Positions 29,790 through 40,501 of a stretch of DNA of 64,000 nucleotides are shown here, piece after piece; the stretch's first letter is position 1, and every line of letters begins with the position of its first letter. A model generated the notes under the pieces. The model saw nothing but the letters and a program-made list of their open reading frames with translations, made no database searches and had not been told where the DNA came from. Location of the stretch: positions 288,001-352,000 of the forward strand of contig JAZLKX010000025.1 in NCBI GenBank assembly GCA_045597865.1, given 5' to 3'. The DNA is from Bacilli bacterium (lineage in GTDB: Bacteria; Bacillota_I; Bacilli_A; RFN20; CAG-826). The position numbers and the translations under genes were made by a program.

Positions 29790-31037
29790 TTATCGCACTT
29801 TTATTTTGTGAATTTTTCCAATGTATTCGTCAGGCAAATCTGCCTCTAATTTAATATAATTAGATGTAAAGCCTGACAGCAAACCACTATTTTTGTTTCT
29901 CTCTTCGAGAATAACTTCAAGCTCTTGGTTTTTGAATTTTTCGATATATTCTTTTTGAAGTTTATTTGATAACTCTATAAGAGAATTGACTCTTTCACTT
30001 TTAATTTCAGGTTTAACTTGGTCAGGCATCGAGAAAGCTTTTGTTCCTTCTCTTGCTGAAAATGGGAATACGTGTAATTCTGCAAAGTTAACTTCTTTAA
30101 TAAAACTATATGTTTCTTCAAACTCTTCTTTTGTTTCACCTGGAAATCCCACAATTACGTCTGTTGTAATTGCAATATTTGGTCTAACTTCTCTAATCAT
30201 ATTAACTTTGTTAATAAAATCATTGACATTATATTTTCTGCACATACGTTTTAGCACTGATCGAGAGCCACTTTGTAAAGGCATGTGAAGATGATCTGCG
30301 ATTTGGGGATACTTACTCAGTAAAGAAATAAACTTAGCATCAATTTCACTTTCTTCAATTGATGAAATACGAAGTCTATAAAGTCCAGGAATATTACAAA
30401 TTTCTTCGACTAAATCGGAGAAAGAACACTCTTTGTTATCTAAACCATAATGTGCTGTATGAATTCCAGTCAAAACGATTTCTTTAAAACCATGGTTAAC
30501 TAAAGTTGTGATTTCTTCAATAACTTCTGCTTTTGGCCTAGAACGAGCTACACCTCGAGTATATGGGATTGTGCAATAAGAACAGAAATTGTTACAACCA
30601 TCCTCTACTTTTACATAGGCTCTAGTTGAGTTTGGAATAGCAATTGTTCCGAAAGATTCATATTTAAATTTACGAGGGTTATTCCCAATTGAAATTATTG
30701 GTTTCTTTTCTTTTAAGAAAAGTTGCACCATTTCTACAAGTCTATTCCTATTCGACGTTCCAACAATAATATCTGCACCGCATTCCTTTTTTGCGTATTC
30801 AGAATTCTTTTGGGTATAGCAACCCATAACTACGATAATTGCGTCTTTATTGTTACGTTTTTCTCTACGAATAATTTGTCTAGATTTTTGATCTGCGACT
30901 GCAGTTACTGAGCAAGTGTTAATAACAACAATGTCTGGTTTACAGTTTTCATCAAATCCATTTTTTAAAAATAGCTCTTTAAGAGCATTTGATTCATATG
31001 AATTAACCTTGCAACCAAGGGAAATAAATTTTAACAT
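29790..31037 (-). CDS. mtaB: tRNA t6A methylthiotransferase MtaB
   Basis: LGCKVNSYE, NTCSVT, GCNNFCSYC, DVIVGFPGET; follows rsmE. Confidence 0.93.
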   Translation of the reverse strand: MLKFISLGCKVNSYESNALKELFLKNGFDENCKPDIVVINTCSVTAVADQKSRQIIRREKRNNKDAIIVVMGCYTQKNSEYAKKECGADIIVGTSNRNRLVEMVQLFLKEKKPIISIGNNPRKFKYESFGTIAIPNSTRAYVKVEDGCNNFCSYCTIPYTRGVARSRPKAEVIEEITTLVNHGFKEIVLTGIHTAHYGLDNKECSFSDLVEEICNIPGLYRLRISSIEESEIDAKFISLLSKYPQIADHLHMPLQSGSRSVLKRMCRKYNVNDFINKVNMIREVRPNIAITTDVIVGFPGETKEEFEETYSFIKEVNFAELHVFPFSAREGTKAFSMPDQVKPEIKSERVNSLIELSNKLQKEYIEKFKNQELEVILEERNKNSGLLSGFTSNYIKLEADLPDEYIGKIHKIKVR

Positions 31038-31759
31038 TATTTTCTTTCCAAATGATTTGAGATTACGCTTAAAGCGTAAAATGATGCAGTTTCAGCACGT
31101 AAAATACGTTTTCCTAAACTGACACGTTTATAACCAGCAGCAACTGCCATATCAACTTCATGTTCGCTGAAACCACCTTCTGGTCCAACAACAATTGCAA
31201 CTTTTTGTTTATCTTTGATAGATCTAATAATTGAGTTAAATGATTCGGTTGCGCCGCTTTCTTCTTCGTATGCAATCATTTTTACTTGAGCATCAACATC
31301 GCCAAGTTGTTTCATATCAATAACTCGATAAAGCATAGGAATCTTAGTTCTCTTGCATTGTTCCGCAGCTTCTTTGAGAATTCGTCTGTATCGTTCTAAT
31401 TTGAGGTCTTTTTCAGCAGGTTTAATCTTAACAATAGTTCTTTCTGTTTGAAGCAAAATGATTTCGCCAACTCCAAGTTCAGTTGCTTTTTGTAAAACAA
31501 AGTCCATTTTTTCGCCTTTAATCAAAGCTGCAATTAGGATGACATGATTCTTAAGTTCATGATTTTCTTTAATTTGTCTAACAACATCGATTTCGATATG
31601 TGGTTTTAATTGAGAAACTTTGCACAAGAAAACTTTTTCGTTTGAGACTACTTCAATTTCATCTCCAACTCTAGCACGCATGACTTTAGTCAAATGAAAA
31701 ATATCGTCATCTCCAAGTAAAACTTGGTCTGTGATAATTTGTCCAAAATATCTTTGCAT
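31037..31759 (-). CDS. rsmE: 16S rRNA m3U1498 methyltransferase
   Basis: HLTKVMR, QKATELGV, EAAEQC, VGPEGGF, LGKRILRAETA. Confidence 0.96.
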   Translation of the reverse strand: MQRYFGQIITDQVLLGDDDIFHLTKVMRARVGDEIEVVSNEKVFLCKVSQLKPHIEIDVVRQIKENHELKNHVILIAALIKGEKMDFVLQKATELGVGEIILLQTERTIVKIKPAEKDLKLERYRRILKEAAEQCKRTKIPMLYRVIDMKQLGDVDAQVKMIAYEEESGATESFNSIIRSIKDKQKVAIVVGPEGGFSEHEVDMAVAAGYKRVSLGKRILRAETASFYALSVISNHLERK

Positions 31760-32196
31760 TATTTTAAAAATGCTCCAGAACTATCAGTAATACTGCGTGA
31801 AACTAAGTAATGGACGCCAACACCAATCATGATAGCTTCCAAAACGAAATAGAAAATTAAGTAAGCAAAAGGACTATTCCATTTTGCAACAAAATAAATT
31901 AATGAACCTAATCCGGCAATTGAAAAAACAGAAATTGCCAAAGCAATAAAACCCTTTTTCTTAAATCCTAAGTAAAAAGAGTTTGCTCCAAAAATGCCTA
32001 AGAAAATTGCTAGAATTGCAGCAACAACTTTTGAATGATATTTAAGTTGATCTGCGTGTTCAACTTGTTCAATAACTTTAGTTATATCTTGTGTTTGGCC
32101 GCTATCACCTTCGAGAGGTTTTGGGCAACCACAAAATGGGCAAACATCTTTGTCTAATCTAGTAATATCTGCGTGACAACTTCTACACTTAGCCAT
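31759..32196 (-). CDS. Zinc-ribbon plus TM2-domain membrane protein
   Basis: CRSC...CPFCG, then KVVAAILAIFLGIFGANSFYLG (TM2 pattern). Confidence 0.75.
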   Translation of the reverse strand: MAKCRSCHADITRLDKDVCPFCGCPKPLEGDSGQTQDITKVIEQVEHADQLKYHSKVVAAILAIFLGIFGANSFYLGFKKKGFIALAISVFSIAGLGSLIYFVAKWNSPFAYLIFYFVLEAIMIGVGVHYLVSRSITDSSGAFLK

Positions 32197-32280
32197 AATC
32201 GTCAGTTATTATATAATAATTCAAGCATATACGCAAAAGAAAAAGGTTCCAATTTAATTTGAAACCTTTGTTCTGTTTAA

Positions 32281-32739
32281 TTAATAAGCTGTTTTGTCAG
32301 CAATATTTTTATATTCTTCGTAGAGTTTTAGGCAAGCTTTACGGTCGAGCTCAACAACCATCTTTTCGCGTCCACCATTTTCATTAAACTCATAGAAAAC
32401 TTTATCACGGAAACCAATGTCTTCTGTGTCAACGATATTACATCCGTAATATACTTTTTCAATATTGGCCCAGAGAATTGCTGCCATACACATTGGGCAA
32501 GGCTCGCCAGTTGTGTATAATTCACATCCACTTAAATCGAATGTTCCAAGCTTTTTACAAGCTTTGTGAATTGCCATCATTTCACCATGGCAGGTTGGAT
32601 CGTTGTTTTTAACAACTTCATTGTGGCCTTTTCCGATAACTTCACCATCTTTGACAATAACAGCACCAAATGGTCCGCCGTGTCCATGACGAATGCCCTT
32701 ACGAGCTTCGAGAATTGCCATATGCATATATTTGTTCAT
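32281..32739 (-). CDS. guaD: Guanine deaminase-like nucleoside deaminase (CDA fold)
   Basis: GGPFGAVIV, DPTCHGE, LGTFDLSGCELYT, EPCPMC. Confidence 0.8.
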   Translation of the reverse strand: MNKYMHMAILEARKGIRHGHGGPFGAVIVKDGEVIGKGHNEVVKNNDPTCHGEMMAIHKACKKLGTFDLSGCELYTTGEPCPMCMAAILWANIEKVYYGCNIVDTEDIGFRDKVFYEFNENGGREKMVVELDRKACLKLYEEYKNIADKTAY

Positions 32740-32809
32740 AAACTTACCTCGTTTTCTATTTTATCATAGAAAGATTAAAATTAAATTTTTTATTTTAAAA
32801 AATGAAAAA

Positions 32810-32829
32810 AAGACCGATTTCTCGGTCTT
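32810..32829 (-). terminator. Terminator after dnaJ
   Basis: AAGACCGA-tttc-TCGGTCTT, with U-tail on minus strand. Confidence 0.75.
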
Positions 32830-32844
32830 GTAAATACAAAGTAT

Positions 32845-33984
32845 TTAACGAGTGAAGGCTTTTTTAAATTTATCAAATATAGATTCGTCTTTTCCTTCGC
32901 TCTTGCGGAACTCTTCAAGAAGTTTCTTTTGTTCTTTTGTGAGTTTGCTTGGTGTTTTAATTTGAACGTGAATGTATTGATCGCCAGGAGTTCCTTTACG
33001 CATATCTTTAATTCCACGGCCTTTTAATCGAAGAATTTGATTTGGTTGAGTGCCTGCTGGAATTTCAACTTCGCATTCCCCATAAACTGTCGGAACATCA
33101 ATTTTTCTACCTAAGGTAGCATCAATGAAACTGATTGGAATATCAATATGAATATCGTTTCCGTCACGTTTGAAGAATTCATGTGGAAGCATGACAATTT
33201 CTAGATACAAATCACCATTTTCACCACCGTTAATTCCGTGTTCGCCTTTACCGCGAATTCTAATTTGCTGTCCTTCATTAATACCTGCTGGAATATTAAC
33301 TTCCATATCGCGTTTGATATGGTTATAACCTTTTCCGCCACATTTTGGACATTTATCTTTGATAATTTTTCCTGTTCCACCGCAATCTGGACATACTTGT
33401 TGAGACTCCATCATTCCAAAAATGGAACGTTGTTGAACTCTTACGAAGCCTGCGCCATGACAATGTGGACATGTTTGAATATCATTAGCAGTTTTTGCAC
33501 CAGTTCCATTACAATTTTCACATTTTTCATCATAACTGACTGGGACTAAAACTTTCTTGCCCATGATACAGTCCATAAATGGAACACGAATTCTTTGGAG
33601 GGTGTCTTCACCTCTTTGTGGTCCAAAACTGCGTTGCTGACGACGTGGACCTCCGCCAAAGAATGAGGAGAAAATATCACCTAAATCTACACCGCCAAAA
33701 CCTTGTGAGCCAAATCCGGCACCACTAAATGGGTTGCCTTGGCCACCAGTTGATGCACCTTGTTCAAATGCAGCCATACCGAATTGATCGTACATTTGAC
33801 GTTTTTTATCATCATAAAGTACATCGTAAGCTTCTTGGACTTCTTTAAATTTCTCTTCGGCACCTGGCTCTTTATTAATGTCAGGGTGATACTTTTTAGC
33901 GAGTTTACGATAGGCTGATTTAATCTCATCTTTTGTGGATGATTTACTACAACCTAAGACTTCATAGAAATCTCGTTTTGCCAT
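32845..33984 (-). CDS. dnaJ: Chaperone DnaJ
   Basis: HPD J-domain, G/F region, four CxxCxGxG repeats. Confidence 0.98.
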   Translation of the reverse strand: MAKRDFYEVLGCSKSSTKDEIKSAYRKLAKKYHPDINKEPGAEEKFKEVQEAYDVLYDDKKRQMYDQFGMAAFEQGASTGGQGNPFSGAGFGSQGFGGVDLGDIFSSFFGGGPRRQQRSFGPQRGEDTLQRIRVPFMDCIMGKKVLVPVSYDEKCENCNGTGAKTANDIQTCPHCHGAGFVRVQQRSIFGMMESQQVCPDCGGTGKIIKDKCPKCGGKGYNHIKRDMEVNIPAGINEGQQIRIRGKGEHGINGGENGDLYLEIVMLPHEFFKRDGNDIHIDIPISFIDATLGRKIDVPTVYGECEVEIPAGTQPNQILRLKGRGIKDMRKGTPGDQYIHVQIKTPSKLTKEQKKLLEEFRKSEGKDESIFDKFKKAFTR

Positions 33985-34054
33985 AATTTCTCCTTTCTTT
34001 CTAATAAAGCGAAGGGGCAGTTAGCCCCATCGCTAATTTGTAACTTAAGAACTA

Positions 34055-35890
<1,836 letters not shown>

Positions 35891-35905
35891 TTATTAATCC
35901 TCCGA

Positions 35906-36460
35906 TTAGGCGTCTAATTTTAGACTTTCTTGTAAATTGTTTTGTTTTTCGTCTTTTTTATTTGTGGAGACTACCACAATTGCTGGGCGAATGAGATGGT
36001 CATGAAGTTTGTAGCCACAGACATTTACTTTTAGTACTCTGTTTGGTTTTCCTTCATCTTCAACCGCTTCAATCGCGGACATTGTATTTGGATCGAATTG
36101 ATCATCAACTTTTGGAGATATTTCAGCAACGCCTTCATTTTCTAGAACGCTAACCATGTTTCTATAAATGAATTCAAATCCTGTTAAGAAATTTTGCATT
36201 TCTTGTGAGGTTGCCTTACATTGTAAGGCCATATGGAAGCCATCTAGAATTGGAAGTAAGTTTTCAACGAATCCTGCAGCACGATATTTGATTGCTTCGC
36301 GATGATCTTTTTCTACTGAATCACGGAGATTTTTCATATCAGCATATGCACGATAATACTCATTTTTCCAATGCTCTACATCACTTGTGAGCTTTGCTAT
36401 TTGTTCCTGAGCTTTGTTTTCCTTTTTGGTTTCCTTGATTTGCTCTTTGGTTTCCTTCAC
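35906..36460 (-). CDS. grpE: Nucleotide exchange factor GrpE
   Basis: RAYAD..N, LLPILD, FDP, GYKL..HLIRPA.V; GTG start with SD AAGGAG. Confidence 0.95.
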   Translation of the reverse strand: MKETKEQIKETKKENKAQEQIAKLTSDVEHWKNEYYRAYADMKNLRDSVEKDHREAIKYRAAGFVENLLPILDGFHMALQCKATSQEMQNFLTGFEFIYRNMVSVLENEGVAEISPKVDDQFDPNTMSAIEAVEDEGKPNRVLKVNVCGYKLHDHLIRPAIVVVSTNKKDEKQNNLQESLKLDA

Positions 36461-37478
36461 GTTTTATCTCCTTTCTTTCTCCGGAATATCTTCTCTCTAA
36501 CTCGTTAATGAGGTATTCCATTGAAGTAACGACTTTGTCGTAATCCATTCTTTTTGGACCGACGATTGCGATTGAGCCTTCCTTTTGTCCAGGTATTTTA
36601 ACTTTTGCTGAGATGATAGAGACATCTTCATCACCGGATTGTTCACCACCGATGTGAATTGAGATTTCATTATCTCCGTCTTCTTCTACTTCTCTAAATA
36701 CTTCTGGAGATTCGAACATTTCAAGTAGTTTGCGAATCTTTGCGGCATCATCTTTAAATTCAGGTTGTTCGAATAAGACATCTTTTCCATAAGCGCTTAA
36801 ACGATCTTTTGCGAATCCCACGAATGCTTCAAGCATAGCTTGGTAAATGACATCATGATCAATTACATAGTCATTTAAGAGTGGCTTGATAGCTTTCATC
36901 TTAGGAATTAATTCTGAGATTGATGTGCCTTTAAGTCTTTCATTAAGTAACTTGACACAACTCTCGACATCGGTAAGCGGAGTCTTTTCATTTATTACGA
37001 ACGTTTTGTTTTCTACATAACCCTGATCTGTAATAAATACACAAGTCGCGGATGTATCGGAAATTGGAATAATTTGAACCGAGACGAGTTTTTCTTGTGT
37101 GGCATTTGGCCCGAGTACAATGCTTGCTAATGAAGTCATTTGTGACAAGATCTCACAAGATTCTTTAATTACATCGTCGATTGATTGAATTTTTTCATCC
37201 AAGATGCTTTGCATCTGATATTTAAATTCATCTGAGACAGAACGCTCTCTAAGGTTTTCAATGTAGTATCTATATCCTTTAGATGAAGGCACACGTCCAC
37301 TTGATGTATGTGTTTTTTCTAAGAAGCCTTGTTGCTCTAAGGAATTCATCTCTGCACGAATTGTGGCACCTGAGTACTCTAGGCCATAATTTTCAATGAG
37401 AGTTTTACTACCAACTGGTTCTGCTGTTTTAATAAAGTGTTCAACAATCAACTTTAGAACTCGGTCTCTACGATTCAT
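36381..37478 (-). CDS. hrcA: Heat-inducible repressor HrcA
   Basis: EPVGSK, ATIRAEM, HTSSGRVPS.KGYRYY, GPKRMDY. Confidence 0.96.
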   Translation of the reverse strand: MNRRDRVLKLIVEHFIKTAEPVGSKTLIENYGLEYSGATIRAEMNSLEQQGFLEKTHTSSGRVPSSKGYRYYIENLRERSVSDEFKYQMQSILDEKIQSIDDVIKESCEILSQMTSLASIVLGPNATQEKLVSVQIIPISDTSATCVFITDQGYVENKTFVINEKTPLTDVESCVKLLNERLKGTSISELIPKMKAIKPLLNDYVIDHDVIYQAMLEAFVGFAKDRLSAYGKDVLFEQPEFKDDAAKIRKLLEMFESPEVFREVEEDGDNEISIHIGGEQSGDEDVSIISAKVKIPGQKEGSIAIVGPKRMDYDKVVTSMEYLINELERRYSGERKEIKREGNQRANQGNQKGKQSSGTNSKAHK

Positions 37479-37491
37479 TTCCTTTCTCCTT

Positions 37492-37518
37492 TTGGCACTC
37501 TTTTTCCCTGAGTGCTAA
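37492..37518. promoter_or_regulatory. CIRCE element 1
   Basis: TTGGCACTC-N9-GAGTGCTAA in the hrcA leader. Confidence 0.95.
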
Positions 37519-37526
37519 CACCGATA

Positions 37527-37554
37527 ATTATAAGAATGATTTTGGCACTGTCAA
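37527..37554 (-). promoter_or_regulatory. sigmaA promoter of the hrcA-dnaK operon
   Basis: TTGACA (37549-37554) N16 TATAAT (37527-37532). Confidence 0.8.
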
Positions 37555-37568
37555 GCGATAAGTGCTAA
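37542..37568. promoter_or_regulatory. CIRCE element 2, overlapping the -35
   Basis: TTGGCACTG-N9-AAGTGCTAA. Confidence 0.85.
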
Positions 37569-37609
37569 TTTTATAAATAATAAAAAAATATCCACATAGT
37601 GGATAAAAT

Positions 37610-37636
37610 TTAGCAATCTTTTAGCACGAGTGCCAA
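37610..37636. promoter_or_regulatory. CIRCE element 3
   Basis: TTAGCAATC-N9-GAGTGCCAA, abutting the hemW stop codon. Confidence 0.85.
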
Positions 37637-38731
37637 TTACATTAATTTTAGTATAACAAAATCCATCAAAAGCATACCTTCATCAGTAAGCTTTATCCTA
37701 TCTGGAGTTACATCAATTAAGTTTGTTAAGAAAAATCCTTTTATTTTATCTCCAAATACATCTTCAAAATCTCTTCCAAATTTTTGCTTAAATTCTTGTC
37801 TGGAGAATCCTTGTTCCATCCTAAAATTAGTTATCAAAAAATATTCTAAATTTTCTTCTGGAGAGACAAGAGACTTTTCTTTAACAAAGTTAAAATTATT
37901 ATATTCCCTTAATGATTTTGTGTTTGTGTACCTATTCCCATTTACAAAACCAGATGCGCCAAGACCACATCCATAATATTCTTGGTTTTTCCAATAAGTT
38001 ATATTATGACGAGAATATTTCCCATTTCTTGCAAAATTAGAAACTTCATATCTTTCATAGCCGTTTGCACGTAAAGTTTTTAAGATTACCTCGTAGAATT
38101 TTCTTGATGGACCTTCTCTTTGTTCTTTTACACCTTTGGTGTACAAAATTGAACCAGGTTCAACAATTAATGAATAAATTGAAATATGATCGATATCTAA
38201 TTCAATAAAATTAGCTAAATCTTTCTTCAATTGTCTAAGACTTTGATGTTTGAAGCCGTAAATAAGGTCAATATTTATATTATCGAATCCAAGTCCCTTA
38301 GCTAGTGAAACAACGCGTCTAGCGTCCTCAAAAGTATGATTTCTGCCAATTTCTTTTAAAAGTTTGTCGTTCGTTGATTGAACTCCAATAGAAATTCTAT
38401 TAACTCCGCACTTTTTCATTATCAAAAGCTTAGATTTAGTTAAGTTTTCAACATTGGCTTCAACAGTAAATTCATAATCTTCTGCTAAAAATTGTTTGGC
38501 AAACGTAAGAATTCTTTCAAAACCTTCATCGCTTAAAGCTGTTGGGGTTCCGCCACCAAAGTATAATGTCTTAACTTTGTTAATGTGGTAAGATTCAATC
38601 TCTTTTATAAGCGAATCTAGATACTCTTTTTCATATTTTTCAAAATAAAAAAGTTTTGTGAAATCACAATAAGTACATATGTGGTCACAAAACGGAATGT
38701 GTATATAAAGGGATTGAGGTTTAATTGTCAT
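37637..38731 (-). CDS. hemW: Radical SAM heme chaperone HemW (HemN-like)
   Basis: YIHIPFCDHICTYCDF, GGGTPT, YEVSNF, HN..YW; lepA-hemW-hrcA synteny. Confidence 0.92.
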   Translation of the reverse strand: MTIKPQSLYIHIPFCDHICTYCDFTKLFYFEKYEKEYLDSLIKEIESYHINKVKTLYFGGGTPTALSDEGFERILTFAKQFLAEDYEFTVEANVENLTKSKLLIMKKCGVNRISIGVQSTNDKLLKEIGRNHTFEDARRVVSLAKGLGFDNINIDLIYGFKHQSLRQLKKDLANFIELDIDHISIYSLIVEPGSILYTKGVKEQREGPSRKFYEVILKTLRANGYERYEVSNFARNGKYSRHNITYWKNQEYYGCGLGASGFVNGNRYTNTKSLREYNNFNFVKEKSLVSPEENLEYFLITNFRMEQGFSRQEFKQKFGRDFEDVFGDKIKGFFLTNLIDVTPDRIKLTDEGMLLMDFVILKLM

Positions 38732-38978
38732 CGTCGGCTTGATGTTTCATTGCCTCGTCCATTTGTCTTTGAGTTTCATCATCAACTGGGACTAAAATAC
38801 GATCAAGTTCTTCTTTAGCGGCTTCTTCTTCAGACATTTCGTCTTTTTTTATTTGCAAAGGTTTTACCTTTCTTTTAACAAGAATGACTGCTAAAACGAT
38901 TAAGCCAAAGAAGGCTACTAAGATTAGGACGATTGCCCATGCTGGCATTTCTGCTGCTAATGTAATTGTTGGTTTCAT
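38721..38978 (-). CDS. Small single-pass membrane protein, unknown function
   Basis: SD AGGAG, one TM helix followed by KRK, acidic tail; overlaps hemW start. Confidence 0.7.
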   Translation of the reverse strand: MKPTITLAAEMPAWAIVLILVAFFGLIVLAVILVKRKVKPLQIKKDEMSEEEAAKEELDRILVPVDDETQRQMDEAMKHQADDDN

Positions 38979-38992
38979 AATATGCTCCTATT

Positions 38993-40420
38993 TTACTCTT
39001 TATCGATTGGTGTGTAAACAAACTTGTTTTTGATTTGCTCGCGTCTATAGTATCCACGATAAGCGAGATTATCCATGGATGTACGAGCTGTTTCATAAAC
39101 ACAACCTTCAAATCTCTTATATTCTTGGATTGTGTAGAATTTACCTTTTGTGCAATGTCTCACATAAAAGTGAGCTTGTCCTTTTTTGATATATGGATCA
39201 GACTCTAAAATATCAATTTCACGAGCTTTAAGTTCTTTTTCTGATAAATCAGAAGTCGGTCTATTATCAATTGGTTTTTGTGGAGCAGCATGCACAGCAG
39301 GCGCAACAACAGGTGCTGGTGCTGGTCTTGTTGCTACTTCAGGTGTTGGTATAGGTTGTGGGCGCGCTTCTTCGAAAATGTCTTTTGCTGGTTCGATTCC
39401 AAACTCTTCTTTAAACTTCTTTGCATCATCGCCCATCGTAATTGTAGCTTCCAATGCTTTAGCATTTACTTGAACGATCCTATCTATAATTGCATCAAAA
39501 GCTGCATTAATTGAATCGTTTCCTTTAAGAAGAGCGTAAGTAAAGTCATGAGATTTTAAAACTTCTCTTGAAATTTCTCCAAATAAATCTTTATCGTTTA
39601 GAATTAACTCTAATGGAACATAAACTGAAGCAAGAGACAATCCAGATGAAGAAAGAATAGCTTTTGCGGCGATAAGAGAAATTTCTAAATTAAAATCTTC
39701 AAATGGTTTAATATAATTAAACATAAAGATTGTCGCCACTAATCGTGTGAGTAATGAATGATTTCTGTCATTTGCAAATGCAATGACTGAATTCATCATA
39801 TCTTCGATAAGATGTGCTGGAACACCATTGTTAAATTCTGCTCCAACAAGGAATCTTGAAGATGGAGAATTTGAATCATTTACTCTGTAAAAAGATGTTA
39901 ATTCTTCTTGACCTTTTAAGATAGCATAGTAATTCGCTAAAAATTCTTCTCCAAATTGTTCATATGATGCTTTTGATAATCTTTCAAGAGCATTAAAGTA
40001 ATTGATAATTACTTGATATCTTTCATCATTACATTGATGTTCGATAATGTTTTGAAGTGTAATTTCTGAAACATCAATGTTATTAAATTTAGCAACGCAC
40101 TTAAGTGCGGTTTTTAACATATCGTGAGTTAAAGTATATTTGGCAATAGAACCATTCATGAGCTTATCAAACAAAGCATCGCACTTACTGACGCGTCCAA
40201 TAATCTCACCCATAATGTTAATCACCTTTGGTGTTTGTGTTAAATTAAAATGAAAATGAGCATTGTCAAAGATTGGAAGTTCAACTGCCATTCCTCTTCT
40301 ATAGACAATTATTTCTCTCCAAATTTGATCAATAAGGTTTGTGCCAAGAGATTTTGCGACTTCCATACGAGTCATATATTTCTCATTGGTGAATTTTACA
40401 TTTAATTCTGATCCTGCCAT
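38993..40420 (-). CDS. Fic-like protein with degenerate catalytic motif and C-terminal winged HTH
   Basis: YR..., FNYIKPFEDFN (cf. HPFxDGNGR), Pro/Ala linker, TIQEY...YETARTSMDNL...G. Confidence 0.7.
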   Translation of the reverse strand: MAGSELNVKFTNEKYMTRMEVAKSLGTNLIDQIWREIIVYRRGMAVELPIFDNAHFHFNLTQTPKVINIMGEIIGRVSKCDALFDKLMNGSIAKYTLTHDMLKTALKCVAKFNNIDVSEITLQNIIEHQCNDERYQVIINYFNALERLSKASYEQFGEEFLANYYAILKGQEELTSFYRVNDSNSPSSRFLVGAEFNNGVPAHLIEDMMNSVIAFANDRNHSLLTRLVATIFMFNYIKPFEDFNLEISLIAAKAILSSSGLSLASVYVPLELILNDKDLFGEISREVLKSHDFTYALLKGNDSINAAFDAIIDRIVQVNAKALEATITMGDDAKKFKEEFGIEPAKDIFEEARPQPIPTPEVATRPAPAPVVAPAVHAAPQKPIDNRPTSDLSEKELKAREIDILESDPYIKKGQAHFYVRHCTKGKFYTIQEYKRFEGCVYETARTSMDNLAYRGYYRREQIKNKFVYTPIDKE

Positions 40421-40501
40421 AGCTTTTACCTCGTTGAGAACATTTTATACTATTTAGAAACTTATGTAAATAAAAACTACTAATTTTTAACTAAAAATCT
40501 A

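Noticed and set aside
32790-33017. 75-aa ORF over the dnaJ 3' end, and similar 60-130 aa ORFs nested in dnaK, lon, valS, parCE and lepA
   Set aside because: Alternate-frame or antisense shadows of conserved genes, with no initiation signals.
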